Shown here: positions 8,066-17,728 of the stretch, piece after piece
How the letters are laid out: each line of letters begins with the position of its first letter
Numbering within the stretch: position 1 is the first letter of the stretch
Program-made: the position numbers and the translations under genes
Assembly: GCA_040880975.1 (NCBI GenBank)
Contig: JBBEEC010000048.1
Coordinates: 23,064 to 87,063 of the forward strand
Reading direction: 5' to 3'
Source: Bacteroidota bacterium
GTDB taxonomy: Bacteria; Bacteroidota; Ignavibacteria; UBA10030
Length of the DNA: 64,000 nt
The notes under the pieces: model-generated
Told to the model about the DNA's origin: nothing
The model's database searches: none
Seen by the model: only the letters and a program-made list of their open reading frames with translations

Positions 8066-9166
8066 TCACCGACGTTCGTTTGGAAATGCTACTTTAACCA
8101 CAACCCCCTGATCGATCTTTCCATCGATTTCTACATGGCCATGATGACGTTCCACAATCCTATGGACGATGGCCAATCCAACTCCCGTCCCCGGAAATTC
8201 ATCGTCCCGATGGAGGCGCTGGAATAATCCGAACAATTTGTGAGCATAGGCTGAATCAAATCCAACACCGTTATCGGATATTGAATACTCGGTCTCAGTT
8301 TCTCCGGCGGTTCCACTGATCCGGATCACCGGCCGATCGCGAGGTGATGAATACTTGACCGCATTGGATATCAGGTTGATCCACAGTTGCCGGAACAGGA
8401 TCGTATCGCCGAAAGCCGGTGGAAGGTCGCCGATCACCACTTCAACAGATTTGCCTGCTCCTGATACTGTCTCCTCGACAACCAATGAAACAAGCCTCTT
8501 CATGTCGACAACATCATAGTTCAGGGAAACCCTTGTCACACTGGAGAGAGCCAGGAGATCGGAAATAAGTTGATCCATTTTTCGGACATTCGATACAATG
8601 ACGGAAAGAAGGCGCTTTCCCTCGTCGTCGAGCCGTGCGGCGTGATCTGACCCCAGGATCCTCGAGAACCCTTCAACCGCGCGAAGGGGTGCTCGAAGGT
8701 CGTGCGACACGGAATACGCAAATGCTTCCAGCTCCCTGTTCATCGCCTTGATCTCCGCCGTCCTCTGACTTACCCTCTCCTCCAAACCCGCATTGAGCCG
8801 AAGGATTTCTTCCTGGTCACGTTTGTGTTCCGTTATATCCAGCGAAGTGATGACAATGCCTTGTGGCACGGCCATCACAGAAAGTTGAAACCAACCTTTG
8901 GCGCCATCTTCAAACACAAATTCGTTAATCAAACGATCCGACACCCCGCTTTCCATGCAACGTTGCAACATTTCGAACATGGGTGTGGTTTCGATGCCCG
9001 GATAAACATCCATCATTCTCCGGCCCAGTAACTCCTGTTTTGTTTTTCGGCCATGGCGAGCAACGGTATCATTGACATACAGATAGGTCCAATCCCTACC
9101 AATGATCTGACATCCTTCCAGCAGGTGATCGATAATACTTCTTAAGTCGGCGTCCCCAAAACTCAT
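8066..9166 (-). CDS. soluble PAS-domain sensor histidine kinase (HisKA + HATPase_c)
   Basis: H-box FAYSVSHDLRAPL, N-box LISNAVKYS, G-boxes DNGVGF and GTGVGLAIV. N-terminal PAS-like ~110 aa. No TM helix and no adjacent response regulator. Confidence 0.9.
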   Translation of the reverse strand: MSFGDADLRSIIDHLLEGCQIIGRDWTYLYVNDTVARHGRKTKQELLGRRMMDVYPGIETTPMFEMLQRCMESGVSDRLINEFVFEDGAKGWFQLSVMAVPQGIVITSLDITEHKRDQEEILRLNAGLEERVSQRTAEIKAMNRELEAFAYSVSHDLRAPLRAVEGFSRILGSDHAARLDDEGKRLLSVIVSNVRKMDQLISDLLALSSVTRVSLNYDVVDMKRLVSLVVEETVSGAGKSVEVVIGDLPPAFGDTILFRQLWINLISNAVKYSSPRDRPVIRISGTAGETETEYSISDNGVGFDSAYAHKLFGLFQRLHRDDEFPGTGVGLAIVHRIVERHHGHVEIDGKIDQGVVVKVAFPNERR

Positions 9167-9214
9167 ATGTTGACTCCCCTGGTGATGAATGAAATTCTTA
9201 AAATGTCCGGAGAT

Positions 9215-10600
9215 TTACTTTCGCGGAGAATAGAACGCAAGGTGCGATTTCGAATCCATCTCCCGCAGGAGCAACAACCCAAGTTCCCGCGCGTGGTAAT
9301 CTCCCCACTGCGACGATTCGCCGCGCGGAATGCGGCTGCCGGACGGCGTGTGATCCCAGTTGTTGGGACGGTGATAGATTGAGTGTAAAATAAGTCCCTG
9401 GTGCCGGGGGTTTTCTGAAAGATATGGAGGAGAGAGAAGCGTTTGGGCGACCGTCAAGGCGGCATTGACATATCGCAGGCCAGTTTTCCTCTGTCCGTTT
9501 ATTGCATGGTATCTGCCGAGACGAAAGAAACCTTGGGCTGCAATTGCGGCCGCAGAACTGTCAACGGGTTCATAATCATTGAAGGGATCTGCCGGCTTGC
9601 TTCTGTAATCTGCGAGTTGAACGAGCCCTGGAGCACCGGTGTCCCAATAAGGGATCCCATCGGCCGGCATTTCATCTAGATAACAGTCTGCAACGGCGTT
9701 GGCCACATCTGTAAATCTCCGGAGGACGCTGCGTTTGTTCCAATTTGGTTTGAACCCTGACTTGGGTAGGGTGGAAAGAAACTCCAGTTGTTCTGCAAAT
9801 CCCAGAAGGATCCATGCCAGGCCCCGGGTCCAGGTGGAGAACGGAGAATACCCCTGTTGGGTGCTCGGGCACCGATAGGAGCCATTATTGAGATTGAAGA
9901 TCGATTCATGAGCAACACGGCCCCGCACGTCGTACGCATCACGTTCCTTGCCAAAATAGACGCTGTATCGAGCCGTTGTTTCCGCGTGCGTCAGAAGCCG
10001 ATGAAGAAGATCCACCTGAGAATCGCCCTCCGCCATCAGCACATGCCCGAGTTGATAAGCAACAGCAAGAGACCGCAGGGTGCGGACAGTATCGGCAAAG
10101 AGCGAGTGCGGTCCGTTGAAGGAATAAATGTATCCCATACCGCCCGGTAGATCAGTCCATCGCGCAGCCTGCACTGCGCCGCTCACTTTGAGAGCCAGTT
10201 CCAGCTCCCGCCGTTCCGGTTCATTCTCCGGGATGACTCCTTCCTGCATCATTCGCAGGAGATTGCCGTAGGTGCTGACAATATTGAACCCGTGATCATG
10301 AACACCGGTATGGCTGACATGACGGGCCATATGGGCCGTCGTTCCATCGCGGCCAATTTTCAGGAACTGCCGGTCACCGGTTGCTTCGAATTGCAGCAAG
10401 GCCGACCCGAACTGAAAACCGTGAGTCCATTCGGTCCACCCGCGGGAGGTATAGGATCCTGCAACCGTGAAGACCGGTGCTCCGCGGGAGGAATCCCAGG
10501 ATTTTTCGAGGCTCAGTATTTTGCGCGCGGAAAGTTCGAACATCCGCACGACCTGCTGTCTCAGATCGCTTGTTCTCAGCGTCGTATCGATTTTCACCAT
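9215..10600 (-). CDS. glycoside hydrolase family 88-like (unsaturated glucuronyl/uronyl hydrolase)
   Basis: By-eye matches to GH88 signatures: HDHGF, WTRGLAW, DSSAAAIAAQG and a C-terminal WGDYH..E. No signal peptide. Confidence 0.7.
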   Translation of the reverse strand: MVKIDTTLRTSDLRQQVVRMFELSARKILSLEKSWDSSRGAPVFTVAGSYTSRGWTEWTHGFQFGSALLQFEATGDRQFLKIGRDGTTAHMARHVSHTGVHDHGFNIVSTYGNLLRMMQEGVIPENEPERRELELALKVSGAVQAARWTDLPGGMGYIYSFNGPHSLFADTVRTLRSLAVAYQLGHVLMAEGDSQVDLLHRLLTHAETTARYSVYFGKERDAYDVRGRVAHESIFNLNNGSYRCPSTQQGYSPFSTWTRGLAWILLGFAEQLEFLSTLPKSGFKPNWNKRSVLRRFTDVANAVADCYLDEMPADGIPYWDTGAPGLVQLADYRSKPADPFNDYEPVDSSAAAIAAQGFFRLGRYHAINGQRKTGLRYVNAALTVAQTLLSPPYLSENPRHQGLILHSIYHRPNNWDHTPSGSRIPRGESSQWGDYHARELGLLLLREMDSKSHLAFYSPRK

Positions 10601-10603
10601 AGG

Positions 10604-11398
10604 TTAGAGCCTCGGAATGGTAAGACCACCGTCCACATGGATGACCGTTCCGGCAGAGAATGGAACGGAACCGCTCAAAATTGCTTTCACGGTCAACCCC
10701 ACGTCATCCGGTTGACCCCAGCGATTCTGCGGAACAACCCCATCGGCCATGAAGGCGTCGTATTTCTGGCGGACACTTCCTGTCATATCCGTTGCCATGA
10801 TGCCTGGACGAATTTCGCAAACGAGAATTCCCTCAGGGCCCAAGCGAACCGCCCAGAGCTTGGCACACATCGAGAGTCCTGCCTTCGACATGCAGTATTC
10901 TCCCCTGTTTGTGGAAATCAACTCGGCAGACACCGACGAAATAAACACGACCGCAAGCCCGCCCGGAAGAAGCGGTTGCGGGCGCTCTTTGAGCCAGTAG
11001 TTTGCCACTCGCTGCGTCAGAAAATGCGGGCCTTCAAGATTCGTCGTCATGACATGGTTAAACGAATCCTTCCCCATTTCCAGAAGATCCTTGCGTTCCT
11101 TCGGACCAACACCGGCATTGTTGACCAGGGCGTCAATCCGGCCAAATGTCTCCATTGTCTTCTGCACGATTCCTTCGCGGTCTGTCGATTTTCCGACATC
11201 ACCCTTCACGGCAAGAAATTGTTGATCTGATCGTGTTTGCTTTTTCCGGCAGAGATCAACTGTTTCATTCGCGGCAGCTTTATTCGCCGCGTAGTTCACA
11301 ACGATCGAACAACCCATTTCTGCCACGCGCTGGGCAATTCCGCGCCCCAATCCGCGGCTTGCGCCTGTAATAAGAACAACGGGTACTGGTTGTGACAT
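10604..11398 (-). CDS. short-chain dehydrogenase/reductase (SDR)
   Basis: TGASRGLG nucleotide-binding motif, NNAG, and catalytic YCMSK. Confidence 0.9.
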   Translation of the reverse strand: MSQPVPVVLITGASRGLGRGIAQRVAEMGCSIVVNYAANKAAANETVDLCRKKQTRSDQQFLAVKGDVGKSTDREGIVQKTMETFGRIDALVNNAGVGPKERKDLLEMGKDSFNHVMTTNLEGPHFLTQRVANYWLKERPQPLLPGGLAVVFISSVSAELISTNRGEYCMSKAGLSMCAKLWAVRLGPEGILVCEIRPGIMATDMTGSVRQKYDAFMADGVVPQNRWGQPDDVGLTVKAILSGSVPFSAGTVIHVDGGLTIPRL

Positions 11399-11423
11399 GA
11401 TTGATCCTTGGTCGATTACGTGT

Positions 11424-12335
11424 TCAGGTTTTCTTGTTCGCCTGCAGCTTCTTGAGAGCCCGATCTCTGATGTCCGGTCGGGCTAAATCAGCATACAGTT
11501 CCGGCCGGCGTGAAGCCTGCACGGCTGCCGTTCTATCGACGGGGAACGAGAAGTAAAACTCAGTGACTCGTTTTCCGGCGAGGTCGACTTCCCCCGTTAC
11601 CACACCAATTCCGCGCCCCGCTTCACAAAGTATTCCTCCGTCCCGACCGATGATCCCGCTTCTCCCGATCATCTTTCCCGGCCGCCACTCTCCTTCCGGA
11701 AAGCCAAAGCAAGCCGAGAGAATCGGGAGACCTGTATCGATTGCTCGGGAGCGATACCGAATTTCCCAGTCCACTTCCCCCCATCCAGACTGGACGTGGG
11801 GGAATAACAGCAACTCGGCCCCGCGGAGCATCAGAACCTGAGCGACTTCCGGGTATTCTATATCCATGCAGGTCATGGTTCCCACCAACCCGAAATCGAG
11901 TTTGACAATTTTCAGGTCGTTCCCCGCGACGATCCCCAACCCTTGTTCGGGCATTGTTGGATGCGACTTCTGGTAACAATCGACCAGTTTCCCCTTCCGA
12001 TTGATGAACACCACATAGCTTGAAACCTCCCCCTTCCATTCTCCGAACACAGGCACAGCAACGTTGATCTTGTTTTTCCGTGCCATGGAAGCAACAGCAT
12101 CAACGAACCCGCCGGGAATCGGGTCTGCAATATAGTCCTTGGGGTCCTGCGAAATCGAACGGTGGTCAAGATTTGCATATTCGCCAAAGAGGATGAGATC
12201 CGAGCCTTTGCTTCCGGCGTCCTGGATCATAGCGGCAATTTCGTGCAGGTTCCGCTTTCTTCTCGCGGACAGGGATAATTCCGGAAGAACGGCAGGAAGC
12301 TGGCCTGCACTGATTCTCACAACACGGTTTTTCAT
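11424..12335 (-). CDS. carbon-nitrogen hydrolase (nitrilase superfamily) amidase
   Basis: E-K-C triad context: LILFGEYANL, CYQKSHP, GTMTCMDIEYPE. Confidence 0.8.
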   Translation of the reverse strand: MKNRVVRISAGQLPAVLPELSLSARRKRNLHEIAAMIQDAGSKGSDLILFGEYANLDHRSISQDPKDYIADPIPGGFVDAVASMARKNKINVAVPVFGEWKGEVSSYVVFINRKGKLVDCYQKSHPTMPEQGLGIVAGNDLKIVKLDFGLVGTMTCMDIEYPEVAQVLMLRGAELLLFPHVQSGWGEVDWEIRYRSRAIDTGLPILSACFGFPEGEWRPGKMIGRSGIIGRDGGILCEAGRGIGVVTGEVDLAGKRVTEFYFSFPVDRTAAVQASRRPELYADLARPDIRDRALKKLQANKKT

Positions 12336-14113
12336 GAGTGCAATTCTCCGGCATTAATTCGTTTGCGCGTACCCAACCATGCAACAACGCCCAGGGTCAA
12401 CAACATCGTTCCGGCAACAAGATTCAGGCTTGCGGGAGCAACCTCGGTTGAAGGAAGAAACGCGCATGCCGCCAAAATGCCTCCAAACACCATACAGATC
12501 CGGCCCAGCAACCCATAGATACGAAGCCCGGACATCACATCCTGATGACTCGAGTCCAACGCCGGGGTCGCAAGATCCTTCGCGAAAGCAAGAATAGTGG
12601 CATTCCGGGGATCATCTTCACGGAACCAGTATGCGGATCCGAAGAACACGGCACAGGCAACAACCGACTCGCTGAGCATATTCCGCACGAAGGTCTGTTC
12701 CTCCCAAATATTCGTCACCATCAGAAACAGAGCGACGATGATTGCAGACGAGCAGGACGCAATCCCGGACCACCAGGGAGTTCGGGTATAGAGGATTCCC
12801 AGGGCCACAGGCATGGCAAATGCGGCGGTGAGTGAGTAGAACACAAGCGCAAATTGAAACGCCCCGCCGAGTGTGGGAATATACAGTGCTACCCCAATGC
12901 CGAGCACTCCAACCACGAGCATTGTAAGCCTGGCAACGCGGAGCTGTGTCTGGTCCGAAGGAGTAGTGCCGCTCAGCCGCTTCTTGAGGGGAGCGTACAC
13001 ATCCCGGGTGAGAGTTGCCGACAACCAGTTAAACGAGTCGTTTGCCTGGCCGAGTGTTGCTGAAAGAATTGCTGAGACCACGAATCCGATGAGGCCGTGC
13101 GGAAGGAGCTTGAGAGCGAGGCTCACAAACGAAGCCTCGGCGGGCACGGCAAAGGACGGCCAAAGGGAGTTTATATCGGGAAAAATGATCCGGGAACCCA
13201 TGACAGGCAGAATCCAAAGGAGGGGTCCGACCACCGAAAGGACGGCACAAAGCAGTGCCATTTTTTTTGTATCCCGCTCATCAGGAACGCTGTGATAACG
13301 TTGGACAAGCTGCCAGCCAACATTGTAACCCAGAATAACATTCAGAAAGTATGAAAGGAGAAACAGCGGACTGGCCGCATCGCCGGTGACCGTAAGATAT
13401 CCCTCCGGAGCTTCGTCCAACAATCGTTGAAAGCCGCCAAGGAACCCGTCTCCCTCTCCGAGGTACATGAATGTTACCGGGAAGATGATGATCGTCATGA
13501 CCGTGATGATGATCGCCTGAATTGAATCCGAGAGCACCGCCGCCCACAATCCGCCGATCACTGAATACAGGACCATCACAATGCCTGTGAGCAGAATCGA
13601 GAGCTGGAACCCGCTGACGTCCATGATCCCAAAGTCAAACACTCGTTCACTGAACCCGAGAGCGGTCGAAACGAAGATGCAGAGAATATACAGCCCTTGT
13701 CCGATCCCGACGATCTGCGGAATGATCGCGGTGAGCGAATAGAAGTATGTCGTTGACGGCGAGAAGCGTTTCGTGAGGAATTCCAGGGGAGAATGGATTC
13801 TGGCCCTTCTCCACTTTACACCGAAAACAAAATACCCGAGCAGGTAAGCCCAGAACGCCGTCGTGAAAATCACCACGGCGCCCATGCCGTTCAAGTACGT
13901 GAATCCCGCCGCTGCGACAAACATGAAAGCCGAATAGCCGGAGACCCAGTTCGAGAGCCCCGCGACCAGCCACGGGATTCTCCCGCCGCCCCGGAAATAC
14001 TCATCGGTATTCTTGCTGCGCCGGGCGGCATAAACGCCGACCCAGACGATGGCGACAAAATAGAATCCGATGAGAACGTAATCGATCCCGTTAACGGTAT
14101 TAAACTCGGGCAT
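12332..14113 (-). CDS. sodium:solute symporter family (SSS) transporter
   Basis: 593 aa, about 13-14 hydrophobic helices, N-terminal pattern typical of SSS proteins. ATGA overlap with the CN-hydrolase gene. Confidence 0.85.
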   Translation of the reverse strand: MPEFNTVNGIDYVLIGFYFVAIVWVGVYAARRSKNTDEYFRGGGRIPWLVAGLSNWVSGYSAFMFVAAAGFTYLNGMGAVVIFTTAFWAYLLGYFVFGVKWRRARIHSPLEFLTKRFSPSTTYFYSLTAIIPQIVGIGQGLYILCIFVSTALGFSERVFDFGIMDVSGFQLSILLTGIVMVLYSVIGGLWAAVLSDSIQAIIITVMTIIIFPVTFMYLGEGDGFLGGFQRLLDEAPEGYLTVTGDAASPLFLLSYFLNVILGYNVGWQLVQRYHSVPDERDTKKMALLCAVLSVVGPLLWILPVMGSRIIFPDINSLWPSFAVPAEASFVSLALKLLPHGLIGFVVSAILSATLGQANDSFNWLSATLTRDVYAPLKKRLSGTTPSDQTQLRVARLTMLVVGVLGIGVALYIPTLGGAFQFALVFYSLTAAFAMPVALGILYTRTPWWSGIASCSSAIIVALFLMVTNIWEEQTFVRNMLSESVVACAVFFGSAYWFREDDPRNATILAFAKDLATPALDSSHQDVMSGLRIYGLLGRICMVFGGILAACAFLPSTEVAPASLNLVAGTMLLTLGVVAWLGTRKRINAGELHS

Positions 14114-14121
14114 GCCGTTGC

Positions 14122-16449
14122 TCAGGAATGATTTCCTGAAGGCTCAAATCCCGGCACCCGCCACTGGAAGTGCGGATCGACGTACGGCTCGTCGTTCTCA
14201 TGCCCCCGCATCAGCTCGAGCTTCTTTTTCACCAGCTCGCCGAAGTTCTTGTAATAGATGAACGTCGTTTCCCCGACTCCGGAAACGATCATCCAGTTTG
14301 TCTTCGACGTCTCCCAAAGATCCAGGAGGTCCTTTGCGTTTTCCATCTCATCAAGGACCATTTCCTTCAGGAGAGAGCGGAATTCCTTCTTCGCCGCGGG
14401 ATCCTTGGATTCGAGATAGCCATGCACACAGGAGACCCATTGCGTCACGTTTCGCTGCGTGCGATACCAATTCTTCAGAGCGCGCACCCGATCATACTGG
14501 TCGGTCACACATCCCTGCGAAGCTTTTCCGGATTCTTTCATTCGCTTCAGGAGGGCGAGAGCCTTGTCAAGTTCCGGAAAGAGATCACGGTCCATCACTT
14601 TGACGCAGAACGACGCGTGCGAAGGATCCACGAGGTCAAATCCAACGTCATAACGGAGGTCGATCCTCGTCCTGTTATGCGTCGTTGCAAGCATGAAGTC
14701 CTCATAATATCTGCGCTCGGGCTCCGGGATCGCTTCGATATTGGGAATAATCGGGCGGATGGCGAGCCGATACCACACTCCCCAACCCGCGTAGATCCAA
14801 ATCGGAATGGGGAACGAACGGCAAGCCTCGTCCGAATGCTTCCATACTTTTACCAGGTCGTCAGCGTGATCCGGACCGACCCACTGCGCAGCTTTTTGCT
14901 TCAGGAACGCATCGAGTTGCAAGCCCGGATCGGACTGAAAAGCGCGGACAAGTTCCTGGTTGATATTGCAGGGAGCGAACGATTCAGGGACGGCGCCGCC
15001 CAGTAAAGCGACCGTTTCCACTCCGGCAGCGGCCATGTCCTTTAGTTTATCATAGACGAGCCAAGGGAATGCAATGCCTATCAGAGGCTCGTGATTCCAT
15101 ATGATCCCCGGCGTGAAGTACACGTCGGTTTTCGATCCCTTTTTTTGAAGTTCGCTGATCAGAGGGACTTCCTCTTTTGTAAAGTGGTTATAGAGGGCCA
15201 TTTGATGAATTTCACGAGCCTCCGGATACTTCGGATGTTTATAAGAGAGTCCCCACCCCTTTGTTTGCAGCGAGGAAACTTCCACATCCAATCCATCCTC
15301 CAGTTCCTTCCAAATGTAATCGTGTTCGGCCCAGAAAGGTTCGAGGCGGATCAGGGTGCGGAAGGACGGATTGATCGCACGGCCGGCGTCGCGAAGTGTC
15401 CGCAGATACCGAACGAGGTTTAACGCCGCAGCTTCGGCTATCTCCTTATCCCCTTTCCATTCTCTGATGACGTATCCTCCACCGTTCCGACCGACATACA
15501 TTGAGCTTGTATACTCGAATCCGGCGCCGCTGTCGTTAGACCAAACAGACATATAACTGATCGTCGGAACCTCCTTTAGTAAATTCTGCACCATTTCCGC
15601 ATAATGATCGCGGACGACCGGATGAGCGATCGAAAGGTTAAATCTCGGGCGGAAGCTTCGCAAGGGATGATCGACACGAGCTCCCCGCAAAACCGGATAT
15701 TTTTGCAGAAGTTCGTCCGGAACGGACCGCGGTTCAAACGAAACGATCCCGGGAGTCAGTCCGTACTTCTCTGCAAGCTCAGCATTGGTCTTGAGAAGAT
15801 TGAGGTTTGCCTGGAGGTAGTCCTCATCGTAATACCCTTTCGTCAGCTTGCTGGTGACGAACTGATCAAGCGCGGGGCAATAGGTGTAGAACCTGTGAAG
15901 GAGTTCGCCTTTTGGGCCCTGCTCAAACGGGACGGGGTACGCAAGTCCGTTCACTTCGGCATGCGAGAATCCGAGCCGGGCAAGTTCCTTGAAGTACGTG
16001 GGACGATCAAAATTGCGGACGGACCGGGCGTGCTGGATCAGGAATATATCATAGACGGGCCGCAAATTGGAAAATGCGGGATGAAGGATTCTCCCTTTTG
16101 AGAACTCTTTCACATCCGTGTCCATCCATTCATCCAATGCTTTTCGAAACAACGTGTAAAGCAAATGAGGCCTCGAAGAACGGAATTCCACGCCCTTGCC
16201 TTCCTGCACCCGAAGCATCATCCAGTCCTTCGACGCATCGAGTCCGGGATTGATCGCTTTCCAGGATTTGGCATCTCCCGCAACGCTGACGAGGATCGAA
16301 CGCATCGGAGGGTCGGAAACCGGCGCTGCCGAAAGCGGAACACGCCCGATAAGAGCCTGAAGCTCCTCTGCCACGGTTTGTTCCACCTTATGCCGCGTGG
16401 AATAATGAATGGTTTGCGATTGCGTTAGTGCTTCGCGAAGTGACGGCAT
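14122..16449 (-). CDS. 775-aa cytoplasmic protein of unrecognised family
   Basis: Long uninterrupted ORF with its own AAGGAG Shine-Dalgarno (16455..16460) 5 nt before the ATG. No signal peptide. No motif I can assign. Confidence 0.6.
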   Translation of the reverse strand: MPSLREALTQSQTIHYSTRHKVEQTVAEELQALIGRVPLSAAPVSDPPMRSILVSVAGDAKSWKAINPGLDASKDWMMLRVQEGKGVEFRSSRPHLLYTLFRKALDEWMDTDVKEFSKGRILHPAFSNLRPVYDIFLIQHARSVRNFDRPTYFKELARLGFSHAEVNGLAYPVPFEQGPKGELLHRFYTYCPALDQFVTSKLTKGYYDEDYLQANLNLLKTNAELAEKYGLTPGIVSFEPRSVPDELLQKYPVLRGARVDHPLRSFRPRFNLSIAHPVVRDHYAEMVQNLLKEVPTISYMSVWSNDSGAGFEYTSSMYVGRNGGGYVIREWKGDKEIAEAAALNLVRYLRTLRDAGRAINPSFRTLIRLEPFWAEHDYIWKELEDGLDVEVSSLQTKGWGLSYKHPKYPEAREIHQMALYNHFTKEEVPLISELQKKGSKTDVYFTPGIIWNHEPLIGIAFPWLVYDKLKDMAAAGVETVALLGGAVPESFAPCNINQELVRAFQSDPGLQLDAFLKQKAAQWVGPDHADDLVKVWKHSDEACRSFPIPIWIYAGWGVWYRLAIRPIIPNIEAIPEPERRYYEDFMLATTHNRTRIDLRYDVGFDLVDPSHASFCVKVMDRDLFPELDKALALLKRMKESGKASQGCVTDQYDRVRALKNWYRTQRNVTQWVSCVHGYLESKDPAAKKEFRSLLKEMVLDEMENAKDLLDLWETSKTNWMIVSGVGETTFIYYKNFGELVKKKLELMRGHENDEPYVDPHFQWRVPGFEPSGNHS

Positions 16450-16496
16450 TAAGACTCCTTAGTGGATTTTAGTGAGAAAGAGTGAATCAATCTGTG

Positions 16497-16526
16497 ATAA
16501 TGAAATTAATCGCGTAATCGGGTCAA
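16497..16526 (-). promoter_or_regulatory. candidate sigma70-type promoter (TTGACC-18 nt-CATTAT) for the 14122..16449 unit
   Basis: Minus strand reads CGCTTGACCcgattacgcgattaatttCATTATcac. It lies between repeat-element copy A and the SD/ATG of the 775-aa gene. Confidence 0.4.
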
Positions 16527-16557
16527 GCGACATTCGATGTGATTGCTGATTTCGAAT

Positions 16558-16663
16558 TGCCCGCCCCCGCCCGCCTGACCTTGCTGTACAATCACAGTCG
16601 GGCAGGCCCGACCAAATGCGAGATTCTCGTTTGTCGTTTGGCGAGCGACCGAACTTAAGGGTC
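16558..16663 (+). repeat. GC-rich ~100-bp intergenic repeat element, copy A
   Basis: Colinear with the reverse complement of 56728..56822. Shared blocks are TGCCCGCCCCCGCCCG (16/16), TCACAGTCG (9/9), CGAGATT and GTCGTT. Flanked by GATTTCGAAT (16548..16557) and GATTTCGGAT (16664..16673). Confidence 0.65.
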
Positions 16664-16672
16664 GATTTCGGA

Positions 16673-17719
16673 TCAGGGTTTCGCAGAAGCGTCCGCGGCA
16701 ACTTCTTCAACTGCACTCCGAATCGCTGCCAACGCGGCAACAGGCGTCCCGTATGGCACGACTCCCGTGCCCATGATGAATCCCGGATACCCATGTGACG
16801 CGTGGATGTACTGCAATGCTTGCCGGCGTAATTCATCCGGTTGCACAATCAGAAAGTCTCTTGAGCTGATATTCCGACGAAATGCAATCTTTCGTTTTGA
16901 GCATTCGGAAAGAAACACGTCCCGATCGGCGGTTGAGTCACAAAGGATATTGTTCGCTCCGGTCTCGGCATAGAGTTCGACAATCGTCGTCGTGTTTCCT
17001 CCAATAATGAGCGGAATGTGCCTGATTCCGAGATCATGAAAAGAGGCGATCAATTGTTTCGTGGGACCAAGAATAAACTCCTTGTACATCGCGGGACTGA
17101 GAATATCCGGTGAAGACTGAGAATCAAAAATAATCACTCCACAGCCGACCTCACAAAAAGCTCTTCCGAATTCCCCGGCGACTTGTACGGCATACTCCAG
17201 AATCTCATGCACCCGTTTGGGGTTTGTCAGCGTCATGAGGAACAGATTCTCCGCCCCAAGAAGATTTGCCGCCAGGGAAAACGGACCTGAAATCGCGCCC
17301 CGAATGGGCACCTCCCGGCCGAGTTCCTTCATCACCCGACGAGCGACCTCCAGATTGAGCGGCATTCTTCCGCTGATCTTCGGGTCTGGAATCTTCAAAG
17401 AACTTACAGGAGCCTGTTCCTTGAGAACAGCCCCCTCCGTACCGATCGCCGGTATGGACGTGTCCTCCCCGTCAAAATAAGTCACTTCACTGCCGCACGC
17501 TTCCGCCTCGATGTTGTAGACATCGATCCCGATGACGAGAGCATCGGGCCGCACCAGTTCAAATTCCGCGAGAACGGCACTCGTAAAGAGCCCGGCATCG
17601 CGACAAATGGCAGAAGGCGTCTCACCGACAAACCAGGCTTTGTGCTCGTAGATCGCAGGTATGAACGGGACCCGGCCTGGGTTCCTGCAATCCAGTGCAT
17701 CCGGGAGTCGATTGTTCAT
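16673..17719 (-). CDS. uroporphyrinogen decarboxylase (URO-D) family protein (MtaA/CmuA-like methyltransferase or decarboxylase)
   Basis: 348 aa. N-terminal R.P..P...EHKAW pattern and overall URO-D-like TIM layout, judged by eye. Confidence 0.65.
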   Translation of the reverse strand: MNNRLPDALDCRNPGRVPFIPAIYEHKAWFVGETPSAICRDAGLFTSAVLAEFELVRPDALVIGIDVYNIEAEACGSEVTYFDGEDTSIPAIGTEGAVLKEQAPVSSLKIPDPKISGRMPLNLEVARRVMKELGREVPIRGAISGPFSLAANLLGAENLFLMTLTNPKRVHEILEYAVQVAGEFGRAFCEVGCGVIIFDSQSSPDILSPAMYKEFILGPTKQLIASFHDLGIRHIPLIIGGNTTTIVELYAETGANNILCDSTADRDVFLSECSKRKIAFRRNISSRDFLIVQPDELRRQALQYIHASHGYPGFIMGTGVVPYGTPVAALAAIRSAVEEVAADASAKP

Positions 17720-17728
17720 TCCCGTGAC

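Noticed and set aside
16459-16848. A 129-aa minus-strand ORF spanning repeat-element copy A and overlapping the 3' end of the URO-D-like gene.
   Set aside because: It overlaps a well-supported gene out of frame, runs through the repeat, is Arg/Ser/Cys-rich, and has no start context.
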